Part shown: positions 8,811 to 17,499 of the stretch, one piece after another
Numbering within the stretch: the first letter of the stretch is position 1
Layout: every line of letters begins with the position of its first letter
DNA from: an uncultured Spirochaetia bacterium
GTDB taxonomy: Bacteria; Spirochaetota; Spirochaetia; SZUA-6; Bin103
NCBI GenBank assembly: GCA_958296075.1
Contig: CATQHW010000005.1
Location: 73,270 to 137,269 of the forward strand
Length of the DNA: 64,000 nt
Reading direction: 5' to 3'
Program-made: the position numbers and the translations under genes
The notes under the pieces: model-generated
Told to the model about the DNA's origin: nothing
What the model saw: only the letters and a program-made list of their open reading frames with translations
The model's database searches: none

Positions 8811-8987
8811 TCGGGGCCTCCTCGCGATTCGGGCTCAGGCTATGGCCGACATGCCGGCGGCACGGCCGGCATGCTCGCGAAGTCTACTACGCGCCGGCGG
8901 CGGCGACCCACGTCGGCGCGCCACGTGACGGGGCGGATCTGCGGTCGGGTCGTGTCGGTACCGCCGACGAACGGCTATGATGCAGCC

Positions 8988-9929
8988 ATGGCTCAGACCG
9001 AAGCGTCGAGCCCGGCCCTGCGCAGGACCGGCGCCGGCGGCCGGATCTTCGACGCCGCCAATTACCTGTTCCTGATCCTGCTGTCGCTCTCCATCCTGCT
9101 GCCGTTCATGCGGCAGATCACCATCTCGATCAGCACCGCCGACGAAGCGCTCCGGTTCGGCGCGCACCTCATTCCCAACTTCGCAAAGGTCACCCTGGCG
9201 TCCTACGAGCGCATCTTCCAGACTGACGCCATCGCCCGCGCCTACTTCTGGACGTTGGCGCGCACGAGCATCGGCACCGCCCTCACGTTGCTGGTGACCG
9301 GCATGCTGGCCTACCCGCTGGCCAAGCGTTATCTGCCGCTGCGCCGCTTCTGGATCGCGTTCGTCGTGCTCACGTTCTTCTTCGCAGGCGGACTGATCCC
9401 CCGCTACCTGCTGGTGCGGAGCCTGGGGCTGATCAACACCTTGGGGGCGCTCGTATTCCCGAATCTGGTGTCGGCATTCGCCCTGATCGTCATGCGCAGC
9501 TACCTGATGACCCTGCCGGAGGACCTGGAAGAGAGCGCCCGTATCGACGGCGCCAGCGATCTGCGGGTGTTCTTTCGCATCGTCATGCCGATGGCCAAGC
9601 CGGTCTTCGCGGTGGTGGCGCTCTGGACCATGGTCTTCCACTGGAACGAGTGGTTCGACGCCTTGATCTTCGTCACCGATCCGCGCATCAAGGTGGTCCA
9701 GCAGTTGCTGCGGCGCGTGCTGCTGGAGAGCGACTTCAGCTACGCCGGGCTCGGCACTACGGAGACCGCCGCGCAGATGATGGCCCAGGAGCGGCTGCTG
9801 CGCCAGTATACGCCGGAGACCATCAAGGCGGCGATCCTGATGGTGTCGACGGTGCCGATCCTGCTGGCCTATCCGTTCATGCAGAAGTACTTCGTCAAGG
9901 GCGCCCTGATCGGAGCTCTGAAAGGTTAG
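8988..9929 (+). CDS. carbohydrate ABC transporter permease (LplC/YtcP-like)
   Basis: This is the last 313 codons of ORF 6408..9929, from an in-frame ATG at 8988. It contains the EAA loop LEESARIDGASDLRVFFRIVMPMAKP and multiple TM segments. Confidence 0.85.
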   Translation: MAQTEASSPALRRTGAGGRIFDAANYLFLILLSLSILLPFMRQITISISTADEALRFGAHLIPNFAKVTLASYERIFQTDAIARAYFWTLARTSIGTALTLLVTGMLAYPLAKRYLPLRRFWIAFVVLTFFFAGGLIPRYLLVRSLGLINTLGALVFPNLVSAFALIVMRSYLMTLPEDLEESARIDGASDLRVFFRIVMPMAKPVFAVVALWTMVFHWNEWFDALIFVTDPRIKVVQQLLRRVLLESDFSYAGLGTTETAAQMMAQERLLRQYTPETIKAAILMVSTVPILLAYPFMQKYFVKGALIGALKG

Positions 9930-9930
9930 G

Positions 9931-10908
9931 GTGACGGAGGTTCCCCGCATGGCCGCCGAACGATCCGTCGCCGCCGTCGCCGCTGCACCGGTCGAATACC
10001 GCAAACCGGGCCTGAGCAAGGAACTGTACCGGTACCGCTATCTGCTGCTGCTGATGCTACCGGGCATCGTCTACTTCGTCGTCTTCCACTATGTCCCGAT
10101 CTACGGCGCCGTGCTGGCCTTCAAGGACTACGACGTCGGCCAGGGCATCCTTTTCAGCCCCTGGGTCGGTCTCAAGCACTTCCGGCGGCTGTTCGAGCAG
10201 CACGACGTCGCGCGCGTGTTCTGGAACACTGTGGAGATCAGCGCGCTGCGCATCGTCTTCGGCTTCCCGATGCCGATCATCCTGGCCCTGCTGTTGAACG
10301 AGATATTCAACGCCAGGTTCAAGCGCGCGGTGCAGACGATCTCCTACCTGCCGCACTTCCTGTCCTGGGTGGTGGTCGCCGGCCTGATTACGGAGCTTCT
10401 GTCGCCGGGCCGCGGCGTCTACGGCTATCTCATGCGCCTGATCGGCGCCGAGCCGGCCGTGCTCCTGACCAGCCAAGCCTGGTTCATCCCGATCCTGGTC
10501 GTCAGCGGCATCTGGAAAGAGGTCGGCTGGGGTACGATCATCTACCTGGCCACCATGTCGAGCATCAATCCCGAGCTGTACGAGGCGGCCGTGGTCGACG
10601 GCGCCAGCCGTTGGCGGCGCGCGCTCAGCATCACCCTGCCCGGCATCCTGCCGGTGATCGCGATCCTGCTGATCCTGAGCATGACGCAGATACTCAGCGC
10701 CGGCTTCGACCAGATTTTCAACCTCTACAACCCCCTGGTGTACGAGGTAGCCGACATCATCGACACCTACATCTACCGGATCGGCCTGCAGAGATTCGAT
10801 TACGAGTTTTCGACCGCGGTGGCGTTGACCAAGAACGTCATCGCCCTGGTACTGGTGCTTGCCGTCAACGGGATCGTACGGCGATTCACCAGCTACGGGC
10901 TCTGGTAA
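9931..10908 (+). CDS. sugar ABC transporter permease (LplB/YteP-like)
   Basis: The N-terminus YRYLLLLMLPGIVYFVVFHYVPIYGAVLAFKDY is characteristic of LplB-type permeases. It also has YEAAVVDGASRWRRALSITLPGILP. GTG at 9931 or ATG at 9949. Confidence 0.85.
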   Translation: MTEVPRMAAERSVAAVAAAPVEYRKPGLSKELYRYRYLLLLMLPGIVYFVVFHYVPIYGAVLAFKDYDVGQGILFSPWVGLKHFRRLFEQHDVARVFWNTVEISALRIVFGFPMPIILALLLNEIFNARFKRAVQTISYLPHFLSWVVVAGLITELLSPGRGVYGYLMRLIGAEPAVLLTSQAWFIPILVVSGIWKEVGWGTIIYLATMSSINPELYEAAVVDGASRWRRALSITLPGILPVIAILLILSMTQILSAGFDQIFNLYNPLVYEVADIIDTYIYRIGLQRFDYEFSTAVALTKNVIALVLVLAVNGIVRRFTSYGLW

Positions 10909-10994
10909 ACGGCGATGGCTCTATGGGAGAGACGACGCCCTCGCGGGCGGCCCTGCGTTGCAGGGCAGACAATCATATTCGAGGAGAGTGAGTG

Positions 10995-12593
10995 ATGAAG
11001 AAGTCGCTTACCGTCGTACTCGGCGCGCTGCTGCTGTTCGGCAGCGCGGCGCTGGCGCTGGGCGCCGGCGCCACCGAGGGAGCGGCCGACGAGCCGCTGG
11101 AGATACGCTGGTTCGGCCTCCGTCAGGTGCCCGAGGAGCGCACCGAGGTCTTCACCACGGTCGAGTCGTGGATCGAGCGCGACCTGGGCCGCAAGGTGAT
11201 CATTTTGCCGGAAGGGGTCGACGCCGACAGCGAGGTGACCGAGAAGATGAACCTGCTGCTGGCATCGGGCGACATGCCGGACGTGTTTCCCGTGTGGTGG
11301 AATGAAGAAGTGATGAAACAGGGCACCGCCCGCTTCGAGCTGTCCGATGTCCAGGAATACATGCCGGGCGTCTACCGGGCGCTGGTCGACGTGATGAAGG
11401 TGGTCGGCCTCAACGAGCAGGGGACCTGGGACCGTTTTCGCCGCGACGACAAGCTGGTGCAGATCCCGAACGTCTGGTTCGGCGGTCAGTTCCCGCACGG
11501 CATCGCCTGGCGCATGGACGTGCTCGAGAGTCTCGGCTTCGACCACGCGCCGGGTACCTACGAGGAGATCGAGGCGGTCTTCGCGGCCTACAAGGCGGAG
11601 CATCCCGATCAGTTCCCGTACGCCTGTCCGGCCAAGGGACTGACGTGGCAGTGCTTTCCGATGATCTTCGACGGCACCGGCTGGGCGCAGTGGCGCTGGA
11701 ATCTCCGCGACGGCCGGCTCGTGCACGGCTTCAACCAGCCGGAGATGAAGCTGGGTTACGAAGTGGCGCGCGATTGGTTCGAGAAGGGATACATCGATCC
11801 GGAGTTTCCCACCTACGACTCAGGGACCAACGTCAATCTGTTCCGCAACGGTAAAACGATGGTCAAGGAGTGGATCGGCTACGGCTCATGGGACGACTCG
11901 CTCGACCGGCCCGGTACCGAGGGCAACTGGATACGCAAGGTGGTGCCGGAGGCGCGCCTCGAGATGGGGCCGTTCCCGCGCTTCTTCGATGACGTGCGGC
12001 CGGCTCGTTACGTCTGGAATCCCTTCCACGGCGGCTCCTACGGCTTCGGCCGTCATCTGGAGTCGCGTCCGGACGACCTGCACCTGATCATGCAGATCAT
12101 GGACAGGATGAACACGGACGAGGCGTACCACACGCTCACCAACCAGGGCATCGAAGGCACGCACTGGGAGATCAACGAGTTCGGCTACCCGGAACGCAAG
12201 GAGGATTTCATCGGCATCGACGCCTCCAAGCAGATCGGCGCCGGCTACTTCTGGGGCGCTCTCTACAGCTACACGCCGCACACGGCGAACTGGCAGCACC
12301 CCGGCGTCCTCAAGGCGCTGGAGGACTTCCACAAGAACGCTGACGGCATCTACTCCGACGCGAACATCCGCCGGGTTCCGACGAATCGGTTCTTCCCGAT
12401 CACCGACGAGGACGGCGACGACCTGTGGGCGAAGATGGACGTCAGCGGCCAGATGAACGTGCTGTTCGTCGAGCTGATCACCGGCGCCAAGGAGATGTCC
12501 GCGTTCGACGAGTGGCTTGCGCGCTGGGAAGAAGGCGGCGATCTCCAGGTCGTCGAAGAGCGCATGAACGACATCAACCTCAAGTTCCAATAG
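10995..12593 (+). CDS. extracellular solute-binding protein (LplA-like, large family-1 SBP)
   Basis: RBS GAGGAGAG lies 7 nt before ATG 10995. Signal peptide is MKKSLTVVLGALLLFGSAALALGAG. At about 530 aa it has the usual size of LplA-type binding proteins, and it follows the two permeases. Confidence 0.8.
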   Translation: MKKSLTVVLGALLLFGSAALALGAGATEGAADEPLEIRWFGLRQVPEERTEVFTTVESWIERDLGRKVIILPEGVDADSEVTEKMNLLLASGDMPDVFPVWWNEEVMKQGTARFELSDVQEYMPGVYRALVDVMKVVGLNEQGTWDRFRRDDKLVQIPNVWFGGQFPHGIAWRMDVLESLGFDHAPGTYEEIEAVFAAYKAEHPDQFPYACPAKGLTWQCFPMIFDGTGWAQWRWNLRDGRLVHGFNQPEMKLGYEVARDWFEKGYIDPEFPTYDSGTNVNLFRNGKTMVKEWIGYGSWDDSLDRPGTEGNWIRKVVPEARLEMGPFPRFFDDVRPARYVWNPFHGGSYGFGRHLESRPDDLHLIMQIMDRMNTDEAYHTLTNQGIEGTHWEINEFGYPERKEDFIGIDASKQIGAGYFWGALYSYTPHTANWQHPGVLKALEDFHKNADGIYSDANIRRVPTNRFFPITDEDGDDLWAKMDVSGQMNVLFVELITGAKEMSAFDEWLARWEEGGDLQVVEERMNDINLKFQ

Positions 12594-12616
12594 GCGTTAC
12601 CGGGCGATCTCACGCA

Positions 12617-12641
12617 GGGCGCGGCCGTCACGGCCGCGCCC
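12617..12641. terminator. bidirectional hairpin terminator candidate between convergent genes
   Basis: gggcgcggccg-tca-cggccgcgccc has a perfect 11-bp stem and is followed by gttt. It sits between the SBP stop (12593) and the MoxR stop (12660). Confidence 0.55.
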
Positions 12642-12659
12642 GTTTCCGGCGCGGCGGCG

Positions 12660-13613
12660 CTACACCGCCGCGGCGAGGGGCGGGACGTCGACCGATTCGA
12701 GCAGGTCGTCGACCGCTCCATCCTCGGTCATGCCCTTGGCGGAGTGCTCGGACTTGAGCAGCAGCCGCTTGCGCAGCACCGACGGGGCGAGGTCGCGGAC
12801 ATCTTCCGGCGTGACGAAGTCCCGGCCGCGCACCGCGGCGAGCGCCTGACCGCCCTTGAACATCGCCAGCGATCCGCGCGGCGACACGCCGATCATCAGG
12901 CGGTTGTCCTCCCGCGTGCGGTTGACGATCGACAGGATGTAGCGCCGGATCGACGGTTCGACGTGGACCTCCATCACCGCTTCCTGCATCTGCAGCAGCG
13001 TATCGATCTCCGTGACGGGGCGTATGCGGTCCAGGGGCGGCTCGATGACGCGCTGCATGGCGATCACCGACTTCTCCGCCTCCCGCGACGGATAGCCGAT
13101 CTTGATCGACAGGAAGAAGCGGTCCTTCTGCACCTCCGGGAGCGGAAAGGTATCCTCCGACTCGACCGGGCTCTCGGTGGCGATCAGCACGAAGGGATCG
13201 GGCAGCGGCTGACTGCGGCCCTCGACCGAGACCTGTCCTTCGGCCATCGCCTCCAGCAGCGCCGACTGGGTGCGCGGCGTGGCGCGGTTGATCTCGTCGA
13301 CCAGCAGCATGTTGGTCATGATCGGCCCTTCGCGGAAGTCGAACTCCCCGGTTTGAGGATTGAAGACCGACACGCCGAGCACGTCGGCGGGGAGCAGGTC
13401 GGGCGTGCACTGCAGTTGCCGGAACTGCCCGCCGATGCTCTTTGCCACCGCGCGGCCCAGCACGGTCTTGCCGGTGCCGGGCACGTCCTCGATCAGCACG
13501 TGGCCACGGCAGAGCAGCGCTACCAGGACCCGTTCGATCGGATCCTGTTTGCCGAAGAACGCCTGTTCCACCGAGCCGCGCACCTGCTCGGCCCATGCTT
13601 TCACGTCTGCCAT
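12660..13613 (-). CDS. MoxR-family AAA+ ATPase (paralogue 1)
   Basis: Walker A EDVPGTGKT, Walker B LLVDEINRATPRTQSALLEAMAEGQVSVEG, and QKDRFF. 317 aa, the typical MoxR size. Confidence 0.9.
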   Translation of the reverse strand: MADVKAWAEQVRGSVEQAFFGKQDPIERVLVALLCRGHVLIEDVPGTGKTVLGRAVAKSIGGQFRQLQCTPDLLPADVLGVSVFNPQTGEFDFREGPIMTNMLLVDEINRATPRTQSALLEAMAEGQVSVEGRSQPLPDPFVLIATESPVESEDTFPLPEVQKDRFFLSIKIGYPSREAEKSVIAMQRVIEPPLDRIRPVTEIDTLLQMQEAVMEVHVEPSIRRYILSIVNRTREDNRLMIGVSPRGSLAMFKGGQALAAVRGRDFVTPEDVRDLAPSVLRKRLLLKSEHSAKGMTEDGAVDDLLESVDVPPLAAAV

Positions 13614-13665
13614 CGGTTACTCCTCTCGGTTACCGGGAAACGCCGTTCCCGCAGGCGTCGGCGAC

Positions 13666-15273
13666 TCACCGCGCTACCGGAGCCAGCGGGGCATCCGGCG
13701 CGCGGGTCGTTGTGGATTCCTGCAGGCGATGGCGAGTCACCTCTTTGATGAGGTCGTAGTAGGTCTGCGACCGTTCGGCGGGCGGGTCGGTCGCCGCGTA
13801 GGCGATCTGTTCGAAGATGGCGCCGATCTCCATGAGCGCCGCGGCGTTGGCCGCCGACCGTTCGGCCACCGACATCAGGTACTCCATCGGTCCCATCCAC
13901 GTGCGGAACGGCACGCCGCCGCGCTCTGCCCAGCGGATCAGGCGCACGAACGCCCGCGAAGCCTGCCCGATCGCGCGCTGGCGCTGCTTGTCGAGCGCCG
14001 CCTCCCGCGCGCGGGCGGCGGCGCGCGCCGCGCTCCGCTCCCGCGCGCGCTCGATCAGCGACTCGCCGAACCGCGCCAGCGAACGCCGCGAGCGGGCGAA
14101 CGTCTCGATCATGCGGCGCATCGATGCGGCGAGCGACGCGAAGAAGCGGCCGACCGCGGCCGCCAGCCGGGCAAGCGGACGGGCCTGCCGCAGGCGCTCC
14201 CGATAATCGCGTGACAACATCGGCCGGACCAGGAAGTAGAGCAGACCGATCAGAATCAGCGCGCCGGCGGATATGAGCACGATGCGCACCAGCCGCTCCA
14301 GGAAGTCGTTCTGCTCGCGCTCGTCGCCCAGTTCGCCCAGTTCGGGTTCGCGAAAATCTTCCTGAAAGACCTCCGTGTCGCCGCCCTCGCGGACCTTGAC
14401 CCGGACCTCGCGCTCGGGCAGGCGCAGGCGCTCCTCCAGCCACTCCATGAAGGCGCCGATCGCCTCGGCCGGCAGCAGCGCCTCGCGGCCGGTGAGCGGC
14501 GTCACCACGGCCGCGGTCAACAGCAGCGTCAGCACGGTGGCGCGCACCCGGCGGCGCTGCAGCGGCACCGGCACCGGCAGCCCTTCGCCCAGATGCTGTT
14601 GCTCCTCCATGAAGCTGTTGACGATCGCCAGGAAGACGAGCCCGAAACCGACGTGGCCGAGCGCCAGCACCGTCCACCACGGCTCGATCGGGTCGACGGC
14701 GATCAGCAGGATCAGGAAGGCGATCAGGGACAGCGACTGGAACCAGAGGACGGCGCGTCGCAGCGCGCGCATCCGCGCTGACGAGGTGGTCGCTTCCTCG
14801 GCGTAGTCGCGGAACGCGGTCTTGAGCTGTTCGCCGTCCCGGTCGACGACCAGCGCCAGGAACGCTTCCCGTTCGCGCATGTTGCGGTGCAGCGCGAAGG
14901 CGATGATCCAGTAGACGAAGGTAAGCGCCAGCGGATACAGGACGTCGGCCTTCACCGGATTGACGTCGCCGCGCAGCAGGTGGCCCTGAGCCAGCATGAA
15001 CAGCACCAGCGTGCCGATCAGTATCAACAGCAGCTCCCGGAGGCGGGGCGCGATGCTGTTGGTTCCCTCTTCGGCCATGCGGTTGGCCGACACCGCCTGG
15101 ATAACGCCGACCAGCAGCAGCGACGCCCACAGATAGCCCGGCAGCGGCAGCACGGCGTGCAGCACCATCGCCCGCACGAAGGTCTCCACCGACAGCAGCA
15201 GCAGGAACGGTATGGCGATCGACAGGAACGGGTGCAGCGTGGTGCGGTAGAAGCGCAGTCGGGCCGGATTCAT
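13666..15273 (-). CDS. polytopic membrane protein with C-terminal DUF4129-like domain
   Basis: About 8 predicted TM helices, a charged linker, and a C-terminal VPFRTWMGPMEYLMSVAE...AALMEIGAIFEQIAYAA that fits the DUF4129 pattern (tp.E....l......fe...Y). It occupies the position of the transglutaminase/DUF4129 partner of MoxR-DUF58 operons. Its ATG overlaps the DUF58 stop (ATGA at 15270-15273). Confidence 0.65.
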   Translation of the reverse strand: MNPARLRFYRTTLHPFLSIAIPFLLLLSVETFVRAMVLHAVLPLPGYLWASLLLVGVIQAVSANRMAEEGTNSIAPRLRELLLILIGTLVLFMLAQGHLLRGDVNPVKADVLYPLALTFVYWIIAFALHRNMREREAFLALVVDRDGEQLKTAFRDYAEEATTSSARMRALRRAVLWFQSLSLIAFLILLIAVDPIEPWWTVLALGHVGFGLVFLAIVNSFMEEQQHLGEGLPVPVPLQRRRVRATVLTLLLTAAVVTPLTGREALLPAEAIGAFMEWLEERLRLPEREVRVKVREGGDTEVFQEDFREPELGELGDEREQNDFLERLVRIVLISAGALILIGLLYFLVRPMLSRDYRERLRQARPLARLAAAVGRFFASLAASMRRMIETFARSRRSLARFGESLIERARERSAARAAARAREAALDKQRQRAIGQASRAFVRLIRWAERGGVPFRTWMGPMEYLMSVAERSAANAAALMEIGAIFEQIAYAATDPPAERSQTYYDLIKEVTRHRLQESTTTRAPDAPLAPVAR

Positions 15274-16463
15274 CGCTTGATCAACTCCGATCCGTAGCCG
15301 CGCACCGGGTGCGAACGGATGCCGGGCACCACCGCGTCCTCTTCGCGAGTCTGGTGCGTGGAGACGATGAAGACCTGCACGTCATGGCCGCGGCGGCGCA
15401 GCGCCAGCAGCGAATCGTTCTGGGCGCCGGTGGTGGGCGGCGTCACCACCATCACCTTGGCGCCGGTGGGGATCGGCACGCCCGATGCCAGCACGTGGCC
15501 GGTGAAGTCGATCGGCTCCTTGCCGGCGGTGATGCGCGCCAGCATCTCCAGGATGCCGATGGCGTGACCCACCCCGGCGCGCGCCGGCTCCGCCGGCGGC
15601 TGGTCGCCGCCCCGTATCGAGCCGGTGGTGATGATGCCGACCTCCTGCTTGATGCTGACGAAGAAGAACAACAGGCTGCCGGCCACCTCGATCGCGCGTT
15701 CCATGAGGTGCTCGCGCTGGCCCATCGGGTAATCGCCCTCCGTCAGGTTGAGCACGATCATGACCGGGTAGTAGATCGACGGCGTGTACTCGGTCGAGAA
15801 GAGCTTGCCCATGCGCGCCGACACCTTCCAGTTGATCCGCTTCAACTCGTCGCCGGCCACGTACTCGCGCACGGAGCGGAACCGGGTCGTGTCCTCGTAG
15901 AGGCGGCTGGAGACCGTGATGCTGCCGGACGGCAGCCCGTCCTTCTCATGCATCTCGACCGGAAACACCGCCGGGTATACGAGCACGGTGGCGGGGGTCG
16001 GCGACTGGTGACCCCACTTGAAGAAGCCCATCGGGTCGGCGCCGCGCAGCCGCACCGGCCCCAGCTTGAACTCGCCGCGGTGGTGGCTCTCCGCCTCGTA
16101 GGTGACCTGCCGGCGCCCGCCGGGCGGCAGCGCGACCATGAACGAGCCGCCGCGCACTACGAAACTGCCGTAGGTGTCGGCCACGGTCAGGTAGTGGATC
16201 GGTATCGGCCCGCGGTTGTGCAGCTCCAGGGTCACGCGAAACCGCTGGAAGCGCTGCGCGTGGATCAGCGTCTCGGTGCGGGTCACCTGCACCAGGCGCG
16301 GCGCCAGATATGCATACAACAGCGCCAGCGCGCGGACCACGAGCAGGGCCAGGACCGCGAAGCGGAACGGGCGGAACGGCGCGAACAGAAACGTCCCCAG
16401 CAGGACCAGCGGGAACAGGAGGTCGACGAAGAAACGCAGCCGCCCCCCGGCGTTGATCGCCAC
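15270..16463 (-). CDS. DUF58 (vWA-like) protein
   Basis: REYVAGDELKRINWKVSARMGKLFSTEY is the DUF58 hallmark (Y.pGD..r.IdWkasAr). It has two N-terminal TM helices and starts at GTG 16463, 4 nt after the upstream MoxR stop. Confidence 0.85.
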   Translation of the reverse strand: MAINAGGRLRFFVDLLFPLVLLGTFLFAPFRPFRFAVLALLVVRALALLYAYLAPRLVQVTRTETLIHAQRFQRFRVTLELHNRGPIPIHYLTVADTYGSFVVRGGSFMVALPPGGRRQVTYEAESHHRGEFKLGPVRLRGADPMGFFKWGHQSPTPATVLVYPAVFPVEMHEKDGLPSGSITVSSRLYEDTTRFRSVREYVAGDELKRINWKVSARMGKLFSTEYTPSIYYPVMIVLNLTEGDYPMGQREHLMERAIEVAGSLLFFFVSIKQEVGIITTGSIRGGDQPPAEPARAGVGHAIGILEMLARITAGKEPIDFTGHVLASGVPIPTGAKVMVVTPPTTGAQNDSLLALRRRGHDVQVFIVSTHQTREEDAVVPGIRSHPVRGYGSELIKR

Positions 16464-16467
16464 CGGG

Positions 16468-17430
16468 TCAGCCGCCGGCAGCTACCGGGGCGGCCGCCGG
16501 CTCGCGGGGAGTGGATTCGAGCAGACCGTCGATCACCAGATCCTCGTCCAGACCCTTGAGCTGGTGTTCCGACCGGACGCTGATCCGCTTCAGCAGCACC
16601 CCCGGAGCCAAGTTGATCACGTCGTCGATCGTGGCCCGCGTGCGGCCATTCATCGCCGCCACCGCCTGCGCGCCCTTGTACAGGGCCATCGACGCGCGCG
16701 GCGACGCGCCCAGGTTGAGCCGGTTGTCGCTGCGGGTCGCCTCCACCAGGGTCAGGATGTACTCCTGCACCTCGTCCTCGACCTCGACCTCGAGGATCTT
16801 CTGTTGCAGCGAGAGCACCGTCTGCAGATCGGTGGCCGGCTTCAGGTCGGTGACCGGATGCGTGAGCCGCCGCTGCGCCAGCATGATCTCTTCCTCCGCC
16901 TCCGGCGGCGGATAGCCCATGCGCAGGGTGAGAAAGAACCGGTCCTTCTGGGCTTCCGGCAGGTTGAACGTCCCTTCGAACTCGACCGGGTTCTCCGTGG
17001 CGATCATGAAGAACGGCTGCGGCAGCGGAGTGGTCTTGCCCTCGACGCTGATCTGCCCCTCCGCCATCGCCTCCAGCAGCGCGGACTGCGTGCGGGGCGT
17101 CGCCCGGTTGACCTCATCGACCAGCAGGATGTTGGTCATCACCGGCCCTTCCTTGAAGTCGAAATCGCCCGACTTGGGGTTGTAGACCGAGACGCCCAGC
17201 ACGTCGGCCGGCAGCAGATCGGGCGTGCACTGGATGCGCCGGAACTCGCCGCCGAGCACCAGCGACAGCGCCCGCGCCAGGATCGTCTTGCCCACGCCCG
17301 GCACGTCCTCCAGCAGCGCGTGGCCGCGGCACAGCAGGGCGATCAGCAACCGGCGGATCACCTGTTCCTTGCCGAGGATCACCTTGCCGACTTCATCGAC
17401 GATCGACTTCGACCAACTGCGCACGTCCAT
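16468..17430 (-). CDS. MoxR-family AAA+ ATPase (paralogue 2)
   Basis: EDVPGVGKT, LLVDEVNRATPRTQSALLEAMAEGQISVEG and QKDRFF. Roughly 60% identical by eye to paralogue 1, and colinear over the full length. Confidence 0.9.
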   Translation of the reverse strand: MDVRSWSKSIVDEVGKVILGKEQVIRRLLIALLCRGHALLEDVPGVGKTILARALSLVLGGEFRRIQCTPDLLPADVLGVSVYNPKSGDFDFKEGPVMTNILLVDEVNRATPRTQSALLEAMAEGQISVEGKTTPLPQPFFMIATENPVEFEGTFNLPEAQKDRFFLTLRMGYPPPEAEEEIMLAQRRLTHPVTDLKPATDLQTVLSLQQKILEVEVEDEVQEYILTLVEATRSDNRLNLGASPRASMALYKGAQAVAAMNGRTRATIDDVINLAPGVLLKRISVRSEHQLKGLDEDLVIDGLLESTPREPAAAPVAAGG

Positions 17431-17499
17431 AACGTTTCAGTCTACGGGGTCGAGCGGTGACCGACAACCGCCCGAAGGCCGCGGACGGGGTACGGCGCT

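Noticed and set aside
6408-8987. Upper 860 codons of the 1173-aa plus-strand ORF 6408..9929. This also stands for other very long ORFs: 4972..8106 (upper part), 20647..22191, 29074..31926, 30401..32275, 33018..34892, 34762..36582, 38698..39981, 54007..56169 and 60552..62936.
   Set aside because: They lie antisense or out of frame to genes with clear family motifs. Their translations are Arg/Pro/Gly/Ala-rich with no motifs, as expected for stop-poor alternative frames in high-GC DNA. Only the 3' parts with real motifs were kept.
12660-17430. The two MoxR genes as an assembly duplication artefact.
   Set aside because: The copies differ at roughly 40% of residues and throughout the DNA, so they are genuine paralogues rather than a collapsed or duplicated repeat.
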